Source: Monocercomonoides exilis PA203
Lineage: Eukaryota > Protista > Preaxostyla
Length of the DNA stretch: 64,000 bases
Direction of reading: 5' to 3'
NCBI GenBank assembly: GCA_001643675.2
Contig: LSRY02000022.1
Span: 434,001-498,000 of the forward strand
The notes under the pieces are model-generated. The model did not search any database. It saw nothing but the letters and a program-made list of their open reading frames with translations, and was not told where the DNA came from. This document shows, one piece after another, positions 1 through 11,699 of the stretch; position 1 is the first letter of the stretch; each line of letters begins with the position of its first letter. Position numbers and translations under genes: made by a program.

Positions 1-879
1 CTGCCTCCTTCGCCTCTGCTATCATCCGCGACTCTTCCAGCCGCCGCTGCCGCACTTTCCCTTTCAGCTTCGCCAGAAACCGCGTCGAGGTGATCAGCAC
101 ATTCTTCGCCTTCGGTGCAGCTTCAGGCTTTGCCTCTTCCTCCCCATTTTCTGCTCCTTCAGCGTCGTCTTTCTCGGCAGCATCGCTAGCAAGTTCTTCT
201 TCTTCTTCCCAATCGGAAGACTCCCATTCTGGTTTATCACCACTTTCTTTTTGAGATTCTTCTTTACTCTTTCGTTTGACTTGGTGCTTCAAACTTGAAA
301 TAAAATGAAATGTTGTAATTGTGGTGTTTTCAGTGCTTGATGAAATGTCCTCAGTATCTCCACTTTTTTGTCGCTCGTCTTCACTTTGGATCTGAGAAAT
401 TCCTTGTTTTGCCTTTTCTGCTTGAGATTTAAGTTGATCATAAAAACATGATGAAAAAGGAGATTTTGATTCAATAATAATATCAATGTTTGGCTCAGGT
501 GAAGTATCAACAACAAAAGAAAAACGTGAAATTGATCCTTCGGAATCCTAAAGATTTTTCAATAATTTCACAAATTATAAAAAATTAACATACTAAAGAT
601 TTAAATGTTAAAATCTTGTTGAGTGATAAATATCGTGAAGTCATAAGTTCAATTGGGCACAAGAAAAAGAGATGTTCTTTTGTTAGCAAAATATCATAAT
701 CATTTTTCTTCTCAATTGAACTTAAATAATTCGAAGGTTAATCTCAAATAGTTCAAAAACAACAAAAAGGCAAACGAATACGCAACAGTTTCAGCAAGAG
801 AACTTATGATATCTTCTTTTGGTGTTGAACGAAGAACTTTAAGCTTCTCGTTGAACACAACACCTTTTAGATTTTCCAT
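1..879 (-). CDS. 5' part of a multi-exon protein-coding gene of unknown function, truncated by the window edge
   Basis: ATG at 879 gives MENLKGVVFNEKLKVLRSTPKEDIISSLAETV; two short GT-AG introns (about 781-723 and 592-550); a third exon stays open from about 549 to base 1 (DFRRINFTFSFVV...KPEWESSDWEEEEE...RQRRLEESRMIAEAKEA). Intron borders are approximate. Confidence 0.6.
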
Positions 880-1170
880 TTGATCGAAGTATAATTATTC
901 ATTTTCAACTTTTTATTTGGGACAGAATTTTTTGCTTTATGAATTTTGTTCCACACAATGCTTCCAAAGATTTTTTTCTTCTTTTTAATATTTCTATATT
1001 TTATTTTGCACGAGAATGATAAATTTGCAATTATTCGAATCAGAAATAGTTTGGAACAAATCATCGATTTTTTCATAAATGCAAGAATTCTGTCCCATTT
1101 TTTAAAAAAATCATAGCTGTATGCTTTTTTAAAATATATACAGCACTTTTGATTTGAAAATTTCATCAAA

Positions 1171-1194
1171 TATATATATATATATATATATATA
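1171..1194. repeat. (TA)12 microsatellite
   Basis: Directly visible perfect TA run. Confidence 0.95.
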
Positions 1195-1989
1195 ATTAAT
1201 TGTCGTCATTAAGTTAAATATTTGGGAGAAAATTTTTGAAAAATCACCACAGATCAAAAAAGAGAACCATAATTATTTATTGAGGAACTGTATCTTTTCA
1301 ACTTCAGCCTCTAAAGGCAAATTTTTGATAAAAAAGAACTTTATAAGTAAACCTCCTCGTCACCCCTCCAGTGACGAGCCTTTTTTTTAAAAGTGACTGA
1401 CAAATCAAAAATTTAAATTTCACTTTTTTTACACGAGAAAATATATTTATTATGATGGATAATTCATTTTTTATACACTGAAACATTATCAGTTTCATAA
1501 CATTATTTATGTTATTTGCTGACAAATTGATTTTCAAAAATTAACTTTTGAAAAATTTTCGTTATGGAAAAGTTGATGAATTTTTCAGATACGGACTTTT
1601 TAGATCGTCACTTTTTTGATCATTTGTCACTTTTTGATAATTCTGGCACAGCCCGTCACTGACGTCATTTTCAAGTAATTTGTCATTTTGGAAACTAACT
1701 GTTCTTGAATAATGTTGCAAAACCAAATAGATGAAAATGAATGCTTGACAGAATTAATTCGGTCAATCAAGGATCCAGATACAGTTAGCCCCATTTAACA
1801 TTTTTTTGGATGGTTTTGATCTCTTGATCTCTTTTGATATGTCTTTTTGTTAGGATTTATTATTCAGAAACACCATGATTGATTTAAATAAAGCAAAGTG
1901 CGAATTTATAAAACTAAAAAGAGTGAATGAATTTGAATTTTCACAATGTTTGATTTAACTTTCATTTTGTTTGTTAACTTTTTTAATTA

Positions 1990-4623
1990 ATGCCAAATTT
2001 TCCACAAGATTATCAGCATGCAACAGATAAGAATATGTATATGACGAAACTGAAATTTGAACAGGTTAATGGAAAACTTTTCATTTCATTCTCTCCAAAA
2101 TCAGTGACCATCTCTTCGGCAAAAGGAGTACATCGGCTTTTCATTTGTCATAATTCCAAAAATGGACAAAACTGTGCTGCAACTGGAAGAAAAGATTCGA
2201 AACTTATATATAGCCATATTTGTCCTATTTATCAATCTTCTTCAATTCTTGATTTTTTCTCTTATTCAAACCATTCAGTCAATTCAGAAACAAGAGTGAT
2301 TGCATCAATTTCTCGATCTGCAAACAACGCAAAATTTGAGTTACTCAACGATTTCCTCAAGGTTATCAAGCAGTGCAATATTTCATTTCTTTCGGCTGCC
2401 TCAAAGGAATTAAATAATTTCATCACTTCTCTCATTCATGCTTCACAATCAAACCCTGAATCGAAAAGAGAAGATATTTTTCCAGTTCTAAGTGAAAAGA
2501 AAATCGCTATAATGCTAAAAAAGCAAGAAATCTCACAAATGAGAAGGCTGCATGAATCAGTCGCAAATCAACCTGTTTTTGTTATTATGGACGGTGCAAT
2601 TATTGGAGGGAAAAAATACATGGCAATCTGAATTGTTCCATTATTTCCAAAATCAATTCCATTATTTTGGAAATTATTCAATGGATGTCAAACACAAGAT
2701 GATTTCTACAATTTATGCAGTTGAATAATTGTTGATCTTCATTCCGTTGGAGCAGTGGTTCGAGGCTTTTGTGTTGATGGACTTAAATCACAAATGATAA
2801 CATTGAACAAACTCTCAAGTCATGATCATAAAAATCCATTGGTTAAATCCATCATGGAAAAGGAACCAAAACCAATTGTCATATATTGTCTCAATCATCT
2901 TGTCAATCTTGTTATTGTTCATTCATTTTCAGAAAATTCAACACTATCGAAAGAAAAAAACATTCTGTTACATTTTTGTCAGGAAGCCCATTTATCTTCC
3001 AACCAAAAAAAACTTCATAAAAGATGCCCAACATTTGTAAGCACACGGTGGCTTGCTTTGTATCAAATATGTTTATTTATTCGAATGCATGCAAACACAA
3101 TTAAAGAGTTAGGCCTGTTGAATAATGAAGAACTAATATCAATTGCTTTAACGGAAATTCTCTTATTTCCGCTTCAAATCCTTCATTTATCATTTGAAAA
3201 AAATGAAGCAAAGCTGAGTGATGTTTTTCCAGATTTGATTTCTGCATTCACAGTTTATTATTCTCTCTTTTCAACAAATTTATTTCTTGAACAGAATTGG
3301 CATAACGCTTTGACAGACATTCTTGTTTTATTATTTAACTACACGCTTGCAGATAATCGAGGAAGTTTGTACGCTTTATCATATGTTCTAAAGCCAGTAG
3401 GAGCTGCAAATTTTCGAAACAGCAGTTTTATTTTGGATCCAAGAGTTGTGAAAACTATGAAGGGAAAAAAAGCACAAGAAAAAGGAGGTATTTCTTTTGA
3501 TAAAGCTGTTTTTCATTCATTTTCTATTTTTGAATCTTCTCCTTCTGCGGAATATCAATTATCTTCGAGTTTTTCTTCATCTGCCACATCAGCATGTGCA
3601 AGTGCAAGCATTTTGGAGGAACACATCCAGAGCTCATCCACAAACGATTTATCCGGCTCAATTTCTCCAGCTTCATTGCAATCTTCAGTTTCTTTATTGT
3701 CGGCGACTGCATTTAGCGAAACGATGCAAAACATCCAAAAAGAAAGGCTATACAAACAAAAAAATATTTTCTCAATGAATGATGAATTTGGTTTGATTCC
3801 TTTTGTTAATGATCAACAAAATTTCCAAAAAAGTTCAAATAATATTTTAATAGATTTATTGAAATACATTGAAACTCTTCGAACAAGCTCACAATCGATG
3901 GAGATGGAAAGCAGCACGGACGAATCAGACGAAGAGTATGATGAAGATCTGTTCGGATTGTTATGTGCAGAAAACGAAGCAATTGACGATGAATATATGG
4001 AAGATTTTGATGAAAGAAATCCAACGGATAATGTATATCATTCCAAAGAAGAAAAGAAGACAAATTTTGATGAACAACAGAAAAATGTCAATATTATGGA
4101 TGAGGAGGAAGAATGTTGTTGCTCAACAAATGATGATTTGCATGAACTGGAGGAGGAATATGTTGAAAATGATGATGTAATGTGCCTTGAAACATTTGGA
4201 TCAGTGAAAAGAATCCATTCACAAAATTTCGAACTGGAACAGAAAACGATGCTCGATATTTTTGATGCGGTGTTAGGAGATTGGCATGGGAGGATGGTCT
4301 GCAGCTTTAGGGAGACTTTTCAAAGTTTTATTGGTCAAGAAAAAGGAGAAATAATAGAAAATTGTTTGCTGTTGTTTCAGAGATCTTTGGAAAAAAAGGA
4401 AACTGAAAAATGTGTGATTGAAGATGATTCATTCATTTATTATTCCAATATGTTTCGAAAAAGCGATATTCACAAAATTTACTCATCATTTGCATACTGC
4501 CTAATCCAATCTCCTTATAGTGAATGTTTTTGTGAAAGATTATTTTCCAGGGCTCGAAGAATTGTGGGAGAAAGACGTCAGAGTTTGTCAATTGACACTT
4601 TGAACTGCTTGTTGCATATTTAA
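1990..4623 (+). pseudogene. hAT transposase interrupted by one in-frame TGA (2629-2631)
   Basis: ORFs 1990-2631 and 2755-4623 are in the same frame. Motifs: N-terminal C..C..HxC zinc-finger-like segment, IMDG (D1), CVDG (D2), CLNH (CxxH), STRW, SECFCERLFS (E and C-terminal dimerisation motif). Confidence 0.88.
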
Positions 4624-4699
4624 TAATATATTTAACTCCTTGTTCTTTTCATTTTCATTTCAGGTTTATCATTAACATGCGAATAAACATATATCTTCT

Positions 4700-7560
4700 C
4701 ATATTTTATTACCAAAATTGAAACATTCATTCATTCTTCAATCTCTGAGCATTTCTACACAAATAGTTTCTGGTGCATCAGCCGCTTCACTCCTTGCGCT
4801 TTCACTTCCTTCTTCTCGTTCCAACAGATCCATCTCCATTATCATCTGTGCAGCGGCTGTTGAATTCTTTAAGACAAGCTCACCTACCGAGTTATCGTTG
4901 CTTCAAGGAACAGATATTCATTTCTCTGCAACGTATTTATCAGAGTAGGAAGAAAAGACGGACGCAGATGAAGAAAAACACATTATTAGAAGCTGTGCGG
5001 GAGGAGGTGCTGTCATGGGAGAATACGATGCAGAAAGAAGGAAAAATACAAGTGGGTATTTTGAAGTTGCCAAAGAGCGACAAAATATCATAGAGGCATC
5101 TGTTAATCCAAACAAGATATGAAGATGAAAATGGAGGATCTTGCCATTCAAAATTTTTGGTTGAAGATTAGAAGAAGAAGAAGAAGACGAGGAGGAGGAG
5201 GAGGAGGAAAAAGAAAAAGAAGAAGAAGAAGAGATAGAAGAGATAGAAGAGGAAGAGGAAGAGGAGGAAGAGGAGGAAGAAGAGGAGGAAGAAGAAGAAA
5301 GAAGAAGAAGATGATGATGATGAAAGATGAAAGAAGAAGAAGTCATGATAATGCTTTCCAAAGTGGAATACGGCTTCATATTGTTGTTATGGTTTTTTTC
5401 CCCTTCTCAGTTAGCAGTGTTTGAGGTGATTCCAACAATAATCAATTAGACTTTATCTCCAAACAGAAACTTCTTTTGTTGCTGCGTCTTTGGATTGGAA
5501 CGAAAAGAGCTTGGAATCTCAAACAGATAGAACGCATCTGAAACATACAGATCTATCTAGAATTTCACTATTCTCATCAACTCTTCCACTTCTCTCCTCT
5601 TTTTTTAATTCCATTCTCAACTCATCTATTGAAGTATTCTTCGTATCTTTTCCTTTCTATTTCTATATCTTCTTCTTCAACTACATCTCCATTTCCTTCT
5701 TCATTTCACGAGCTTCTCTCCTCATTTCATCTGCTAGAAATGCCATCGCTACACCATGCGCCTCACTCGTCATCTGCACAAGCAGCTGCTCCGCAGACAA
5801 TGACCGCACGAACGGAAACCCCATGGCGAATTCAAATGGAAGAGAGCAGGAGGAGGAAAAGAAGTTAAAGAAGTTAAAGATACTAACTTACGTTCATTCT
5901 CGTTCTGTCTGCTGTTGATTGTTATTTCCGTTCATATTTTGATGTTCACTTTGTTTCTTCTAGATGACATTCTTTGTCATTTCCCTTTTTTTCTCATTCT
6001 CCTTCAAATCTCTTTCATCTCCTTCTCATTCCCCTTCCCCCTCTGTTTGGAACATCTGTTTCAGAAACTGTCTGTCTGTTTCGCGTATGTTGTTGAGTGA
6101 AGTTTGGCAAATGTCTCCAATAAGTTTAATCGGATCGGGCATGTCAAGTTCAGCGAGCGAGAGCAGAAAGAAGAACGAGGAACATATTTTGGCCTGTTGG
6201 GTTGTGACTTGCAAGAAAAGAATGAAAGAGGAGGGGAAAGAAGGGGAAGAAGAAAATAATAATGTTGTTCACGAATTTAAAGAAGAAGTATTATTTGGAT
6301 CCCTCACCGAATCAACCTCTTCCCTCTCTTTCTAATTTCTTTCTCTTTCAAAAGACTCAATGGATTTTTTCTGTGTGAAAAAGAAGTCAACAAACATCAC
6401 ATCAGTTACAATAGATGAGGCAGCGAAAATACATTCGCACAGAAGTGAGTGAAAAATAGGCAACATCTTCAGCAGGTTCTCCAGCTATGTCATTTCCTCT
6501 GAATAAAGCTCACTCAACCGAAGAGATTCAGAAATAGTGCAGTACGGATGGAACCTCAGCGCTTCCTGCATAAAAAAGGAGGAAGAAAAAGAGGAAAATT
6601 AGTTTTTTCTTCAAATTCTGTTTATTTTGTTTTCTTCTTCTTCGTCTTCTTCGTTTTCTTCGTCTTCTTCGTTTTATTCTTCTTCTTCTTCTTCTTCTTC
6701 TTATTCATATTCATATTCTTCTTCTTTTTTTTCGTCGTCGTCCTCGTCGTCGTCTTCGCCTTCTTCCTCTTCTTTTTCTTCTTTCCCTCCATCTCCTTCT
6801 CTCTTGCTTCCCCTTTGCCATACAGCTGCTCCTTCCTCTCTGAGCGACAGATGCATCAGCTTCTCAAACGGCTGCTTAGACACAAACACATTCGCTAGCC
6901 AGTATTTCAACCAGACAGAGCCAAAATAGTTGAATGCATTCTCTTCAATGAACTCACACGCCAGCTGCAGTTCGGCCTGAAGCAGCTCCACATCTGACAG
7001 CTCTGTGTCTCCGGCTGCTGCTTCTTTGAGATCTTCTTTGTTTTCTTCTTTGTCTTCTTCTTTCTCATTATTTTTCTCTTTCTCTTTGCCTTCTTCTCTT
7101 TGACATTTTTTGTCTGTTCATTTGCTTGTCTCAACTCCTTTGCCACATGCTGTGTAACAGAGTTGATTGAAGTCGTTCTGTTTTCCTTTCCCTCTGCCGT
7201 GTCAAAAAGGCTACTGTTCTCCTTCGACAATGAGGGATAGCAGTATAAAAGCACTCCCAGCATAAAGTTCTTCTTCGCCGGAAAAAGCGTCTCTGTCTGC
7301 AGCATCGCAAACACCCGCTTCACAGCCGGAGGCGGTGCCTCGTCCAAAATGCTTCCATCTTCCCACTTCGCAAAGAACACCGCTGCCCCGTCAGACACTA
7401 ACCACCCGAAACCTTCTATCCACGGCTCTGCCAGCGCAATCATGTCCTGATTTTAAAAATCATCTTCTGTGCCCTCTTTCGCAAAGTGTGCGGTGGCTCG
7501 CCCGAAGTCGATGCGGTCGCTGCCGATTCAGATGAAATGGTTCATTCAGAAGAACCGGTT
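4700..7560 (-). pseudogene. Degenerate host-like gene carried inside the hAT element
   Basis: Chain of minus-strand coding-like segments (6907-7443, 6701-6991, 6026-6214, about 5700-5850) separated by frameshifts, stops and poly-S/poly-E tracts; no family recognised; borders approximate. Confidence 0.5.
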
Positions 7561-9164
7561 GTGCTGTGTGCTGGCCAAATAGTCATTCTCTTCAGTTGCT
7601 TGAGAGAGTGAAGGTTACACTCCGGCTGTTTGTGTCGCAGTGAAAAATGAATCTACACCGCTTTTCTTCTCGCTCTCGCATAAATTTGAAATATGCTAGT
7701 TTTATCTTTTTCAAAACCGATCAAAATTTGGAAGATTTGTTCTCAATAAGTTGAAAATCAAAGGATCTGTTAATTGACATGGATTGATTGGCACAACATG
7801 GAGGAATGACTTCAAGCCAAGAATAAAATTATAAGCATGTTGGAACAAAGGCCATGTTTAAAAGAGTCGAACGCTCCAAATTCATCATAAAAAAAATGAA
7901 AAATAATAGATCATGATCATTATTTATTGTCAAAAAGGGATTATGCAAAAGATAAGATGCAAACGAAAAGGGGCCTCGGTGTTAATTGAGAAAGTGAATA
8001 CGTTAAATACTGGTGCGTTTTATATACGTAAAAAGATGATTTTTTAAAAGTTAGAAATTTTCATTCAGTTTATGTTTTTGAAAAAATGGAAATATTAACG
8101 CACATTCATGGAATTACAAATTTAATTTTGTTTCAAAAATGGTAAGATAATGTTATTTTCAATTCCATGCAAAAATGCCAATGTTCTAAATTGCTCAGAA
8201 TATCCTTAATCCAACTTTTTATTAATAACTTTTAAAACATTTAATTGATTAGAAGTTGGGGTCAACTTTACGTAATTTTATTAATAAAAGCACAAGGGAG
8301 CAAATGATATAACGATTTTTAACATTATACACAATTATCAAAAAAACTTAAAAAAAAAAGATGAAAGGAAATTTCTCAATTTTAAAATCAAATATCGAGG
8401 ATTTCCCAACAAAAATTGAATCAAATTTGATTTTTTGAAAAAAAGAAAACAATAATAACAAAAATAACAAAGAAAAAGAAAGGAAGAGAGACGAGGAAGA
8501 AAAAGAAGAGCAGAAATTCCAATTGAAATTTTTTTGCTTGTTTGACGAAGACCGAAGATGATGAAAAGCGCAGAAAGAAGAAAATAATTTTGAATAAGCC
8601 TTAGAAGAAAAAAGCGAAACCATTCATTTATGCATGTGTGTGATGCGGAGATTGAAGTGTAATGATCTTCAGTGGTTGCCTCGCTGTTAATGCTCTGCTG
8701 TGAATGTTGTTACAGCTGAAGAGACCATGGTTGCATCAAAGACGCACTTCACGAAGGTGCTGAGCACTTCATTTTCAAAGCAATGCCACCGCCCTGGCTT
8801 AAAAAAGTCGCCAATCGCAGAAGATGCATTATTCGATGGGGAGGAGGCTGAGTATGTTCTTCTGCAACATGAATGAATTTCGTTCTGAAAGATAGAAGGG
8901 TATAATTCAAGTGTACTGGTACCAATTGATCCGACCCAGTATTATTTTCCAAGGGTTATTTTTGATTTGGTTTTTTCTATTGATTGCAGTTTTAGGGTTA
9001 GGGTTAGCACTCGAAAATACTTGCTAGTGTTTTATTCAGCTATAGGGTTTGGGCGGAGTACTTCTTTTTAGGTTTTTGTCCAAAAATTTTAGGTTTTTCT
9101 TAGCAAAATTTTTTTAGGGTTAGGGTTGGCAATAAAAGAAAAATTAAAAATAGAACCCCATGGG

Positions 9165-9251
9165 GGTGCGATAATGGTCTAGTGGTTGGTTGATGTCCGA
9201 CCATTGTGCTAGGGTCTGGGTTCAATTCCCACTAGACCCTATTTATTTTTT
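9165..9251 (+). ncRNA. tRNA-like Pol III unit (copy 1), not a canonical tRNA
   Basis: Box A TGGTCTAGTGG (9175-9185), box B GGTTCAATTCC (9219-9229), downstream T-run (about 9246-9251); no proper acceptor stem; TTAGGG doublets upstream at about 8992-9003 and 9114-9125. Confidence 0.55.
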
Positions 9252-9930
9252 GCTAATTTTTTATTGAATTTTTGGTACCAGCTCTCTTGAATCTTACCGA
9301 TAGAAGAATGATAATTAAAAAATAATTGCAGTCAAAGAACTGAGAGGTAAAGAACTGAAATAAGATAATAATGGATAAAAATAAAATTGTGAAAGCAATT
9401 TTCACAATAATTGTATTCTGTTTACTGCTGAAGAAAAGTGGTGATGAAATAAAAAGAAGAAAAAGTTGAAAAAAGCCATGATCAGAGTATTGAAGATGTG
9501 TTTGAAAGCAGAAAATGAAAGATATCAAACAACAAAAGCAAAACAATAAAATGAAATAAAATGGATAGATAAAGAGATTGCAAATTCTTGATCAAACTTG
9601 CGAAAGTTTCAACTTCTATTTTCTAAGATAATGAATAATGACATCATGTTTTTCCACGATACAGATCTTTCAAAAAAAAATGTTTCTGTTCCCGTTGAAA
9701 CCCAGAATGTTTGAATATAATTTTCATATTTATTATTGAGGTGTGTAGCATTCCTTATTAGATCTATCAAAAATTAAAAGAATTTGTTGTTTTCCAGTGC
9801 CATAAGTCAGACAAAATACTTTTAAAATTTTAGAATGGTTCCATTTGAACATTTTTTCTTTTTTTTAACATTACCAAAAACAATACACAATTATAGAAAA
9901 TATAATCTAATAATTATTTAAAAAATTTTA

Positions 9931-9936
<6 letters not shown>

Positions 9937-9970
<34 letters not shown>
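9937..9970 (+). repeat. Poly(A) tract, 34 nt, just inside the right end of the hAT element
   Basis: Directly visible. Confidence 0.9.
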
Positions 9971-9977
<7 letters not shown>

Positions 9978-10399
9978 GTGACGAAGTGACTGACGAATGA
10001 TTTTGCTTATTAGGGTGACGCAGAGGTTTATTTATAAGAATACATAAAATAATTGAAAATGAATTTTTAAGCTTCGATATTTTTATTGTATTTTATGATC
10101 AGAAGAAATATTGTTCTTGTTGAAACTGACCATGAAAGAAGATATGAATTTTAGAAAAATTAGTTCACATAAAAATTATGAAGAACAAAGTATTTTTCCA
10201 AAGAGTGAAAACTGAATTTTGTTTCATATGATACAAATAATTTTTTATGTATTTTCAAGATTTCAGATGAATAGATTTTTTTGGCATCGAATGTTCAACC
10301 TCATCATTAGACATTAATAATGGTGAATCAGCTATGGTGACGGAATTTGCATTTCCCACCAAAAATCGACATCTCCACTTCATTTGCAAAGTTAGTCAA

Positions 10400-11560
10400 T
10401 CTGCATCACAAACGTGAGTGTAAGACCCAAATAGAATGCACATTCATCCATTATCATATTTTCATCGTATAATTCGAATTCAAACGTTTTGAAAGAATCT
10501 ATGTCTTAAGATCTTGAGATTTTTTCGTTCAAATATATTCTTTGACTATAAAAAGCAGCGAACAAAACAATAATTGTTCCTCTGACAATGATAGAGATGC
10601 AATTGAACTCAGTCGAGCGAAAACAGATAAACATAAATTGTGTGTTATTAATTCCTATTTCGATAATTGCCGATGTTATTGCTATGATAATGGTGACGGA
10701 GGCGCAATTATACATGGAATTGAACAGATCAAATAATAATTTCAAATTTTCTATTCTGCACGTTGAATTCAATGCTCATTAGAGGTGCAATTTGTTTTCA
10801 AATTAGTAGTTACAATTACAGAACACTGTTTAATTACTGTTTTTTTTATAATCTGTACATTGCATGGCCACGATATTGCTATCCATAATTCAACGTCAAA
10901 CAACATTGATTCCACCTTCAATTCCGCCAGCAAACTCCAAACACAGTCAGCTCAAATTTCAACTCAGCTGTTGATAAAAGCGAATGACTTTTTAATGAAG
11001 GTGGAAGAATTGGATTTGTTCATTCAACTGATTCGCACCCAGATGTCATTGATACATGCACATGTGGACTTGACAAAAGCTATCCGTGACGCACGATAGC
11101 TGTTGTTTGACTCAACTGATTTCAGGCTTTGAAACTGATATCGAAATACTCACAGGAACGATCACAGAAACCAAGAAAGTGGATTGTGGAATTAACACTT
11201 TCACAATATATGGCCAAAGGGATTTGAGTTCAACAGTTCAAATAGAATTCGAAGCATCTGGGTTGTCTCTATTTTCAGTTTCAACTAGTGCATTGACTAT
11301 CAGAGGTTTTATTTTTGTTCATGACCCGGTTCATCCGAATAACCGTGAGTCAAGGCTATTTGAGATTACTGGAGCAGGAGAGATGCATATAAGTGGACTG
11401 AACATATCTGTTGGGAGCGGACAATCATCAGAAACAGCATTTTCTACAGAGCTGATAAATGTTCAGAATGGGACGTTTCAAATGGAAAACATGAACTGGG
11501 CCAAAACATACTCGACTGCTTCCCAGATTTGCTTTCATCAACAAAAGAAATTTCATTGAT
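10400..11560 (+). pseudogene. Fragment of Pmp-like/beta-helix surface-protein family gene
   Basis: Frameshifted ORFs 10542-11559 with GGAI and CxT-type motifs; nucleotide similarity to 41700-42600. Confidence 0.55.
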
Positions 11561-11699
11561 GATTTCTGGCTATGCCTTTGATGGGAAAGAAAGAACAATT
11601 ATGAGTCATTTTATGGCAATCGGATTAGAAAGAAAAAGATGAACGCACAGAATCATTAGTCAAATTTGATAATAAATGAGAAGATACTCTTTCATTGCA

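Larger units (their letters stand above)
1348..10030 (+). mobile_element. hAT-superfamily DNA transposon, 8.7 kb, with transposase and cargo
   Basis: 18-bp TIRs TAAACCTCCTCGTCACCC (1348-1365) and reverse complement TAAACCTCTGCGTCACCC (10013-10030), 2 mismatches; perfect 8-bp TSD TTTATAAG (1340-1347, 10031-10038); subterminal GTCA/TGAC motif clusters at both ends; encodes a hAT transposase. Confidence 0.9.

Noticed and set aside
2629-2631. Alternative genetic code (TGA or TAR reassigned)
   Set aside because: Intact genes end in TAA or TGA and contain no internal stops; internal stops are confined to decayed elements.
7410-7460. QDMIALAEPW resembling the LINE endonuclease DIIALQEPW motif
   Set aside because: No other EEP motifs and no reverse transcriptase follow.
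8990-9130. True telomere or chromosome-healing site
   Set aside because: Only isolated doublets of TTAGGG, internal to an element with intact ends.
9165-9240. Functional tRNA gene
   Set aside because: No acceptor stem or clear anticodon arm; only the A/B boxes are tRNA-like.
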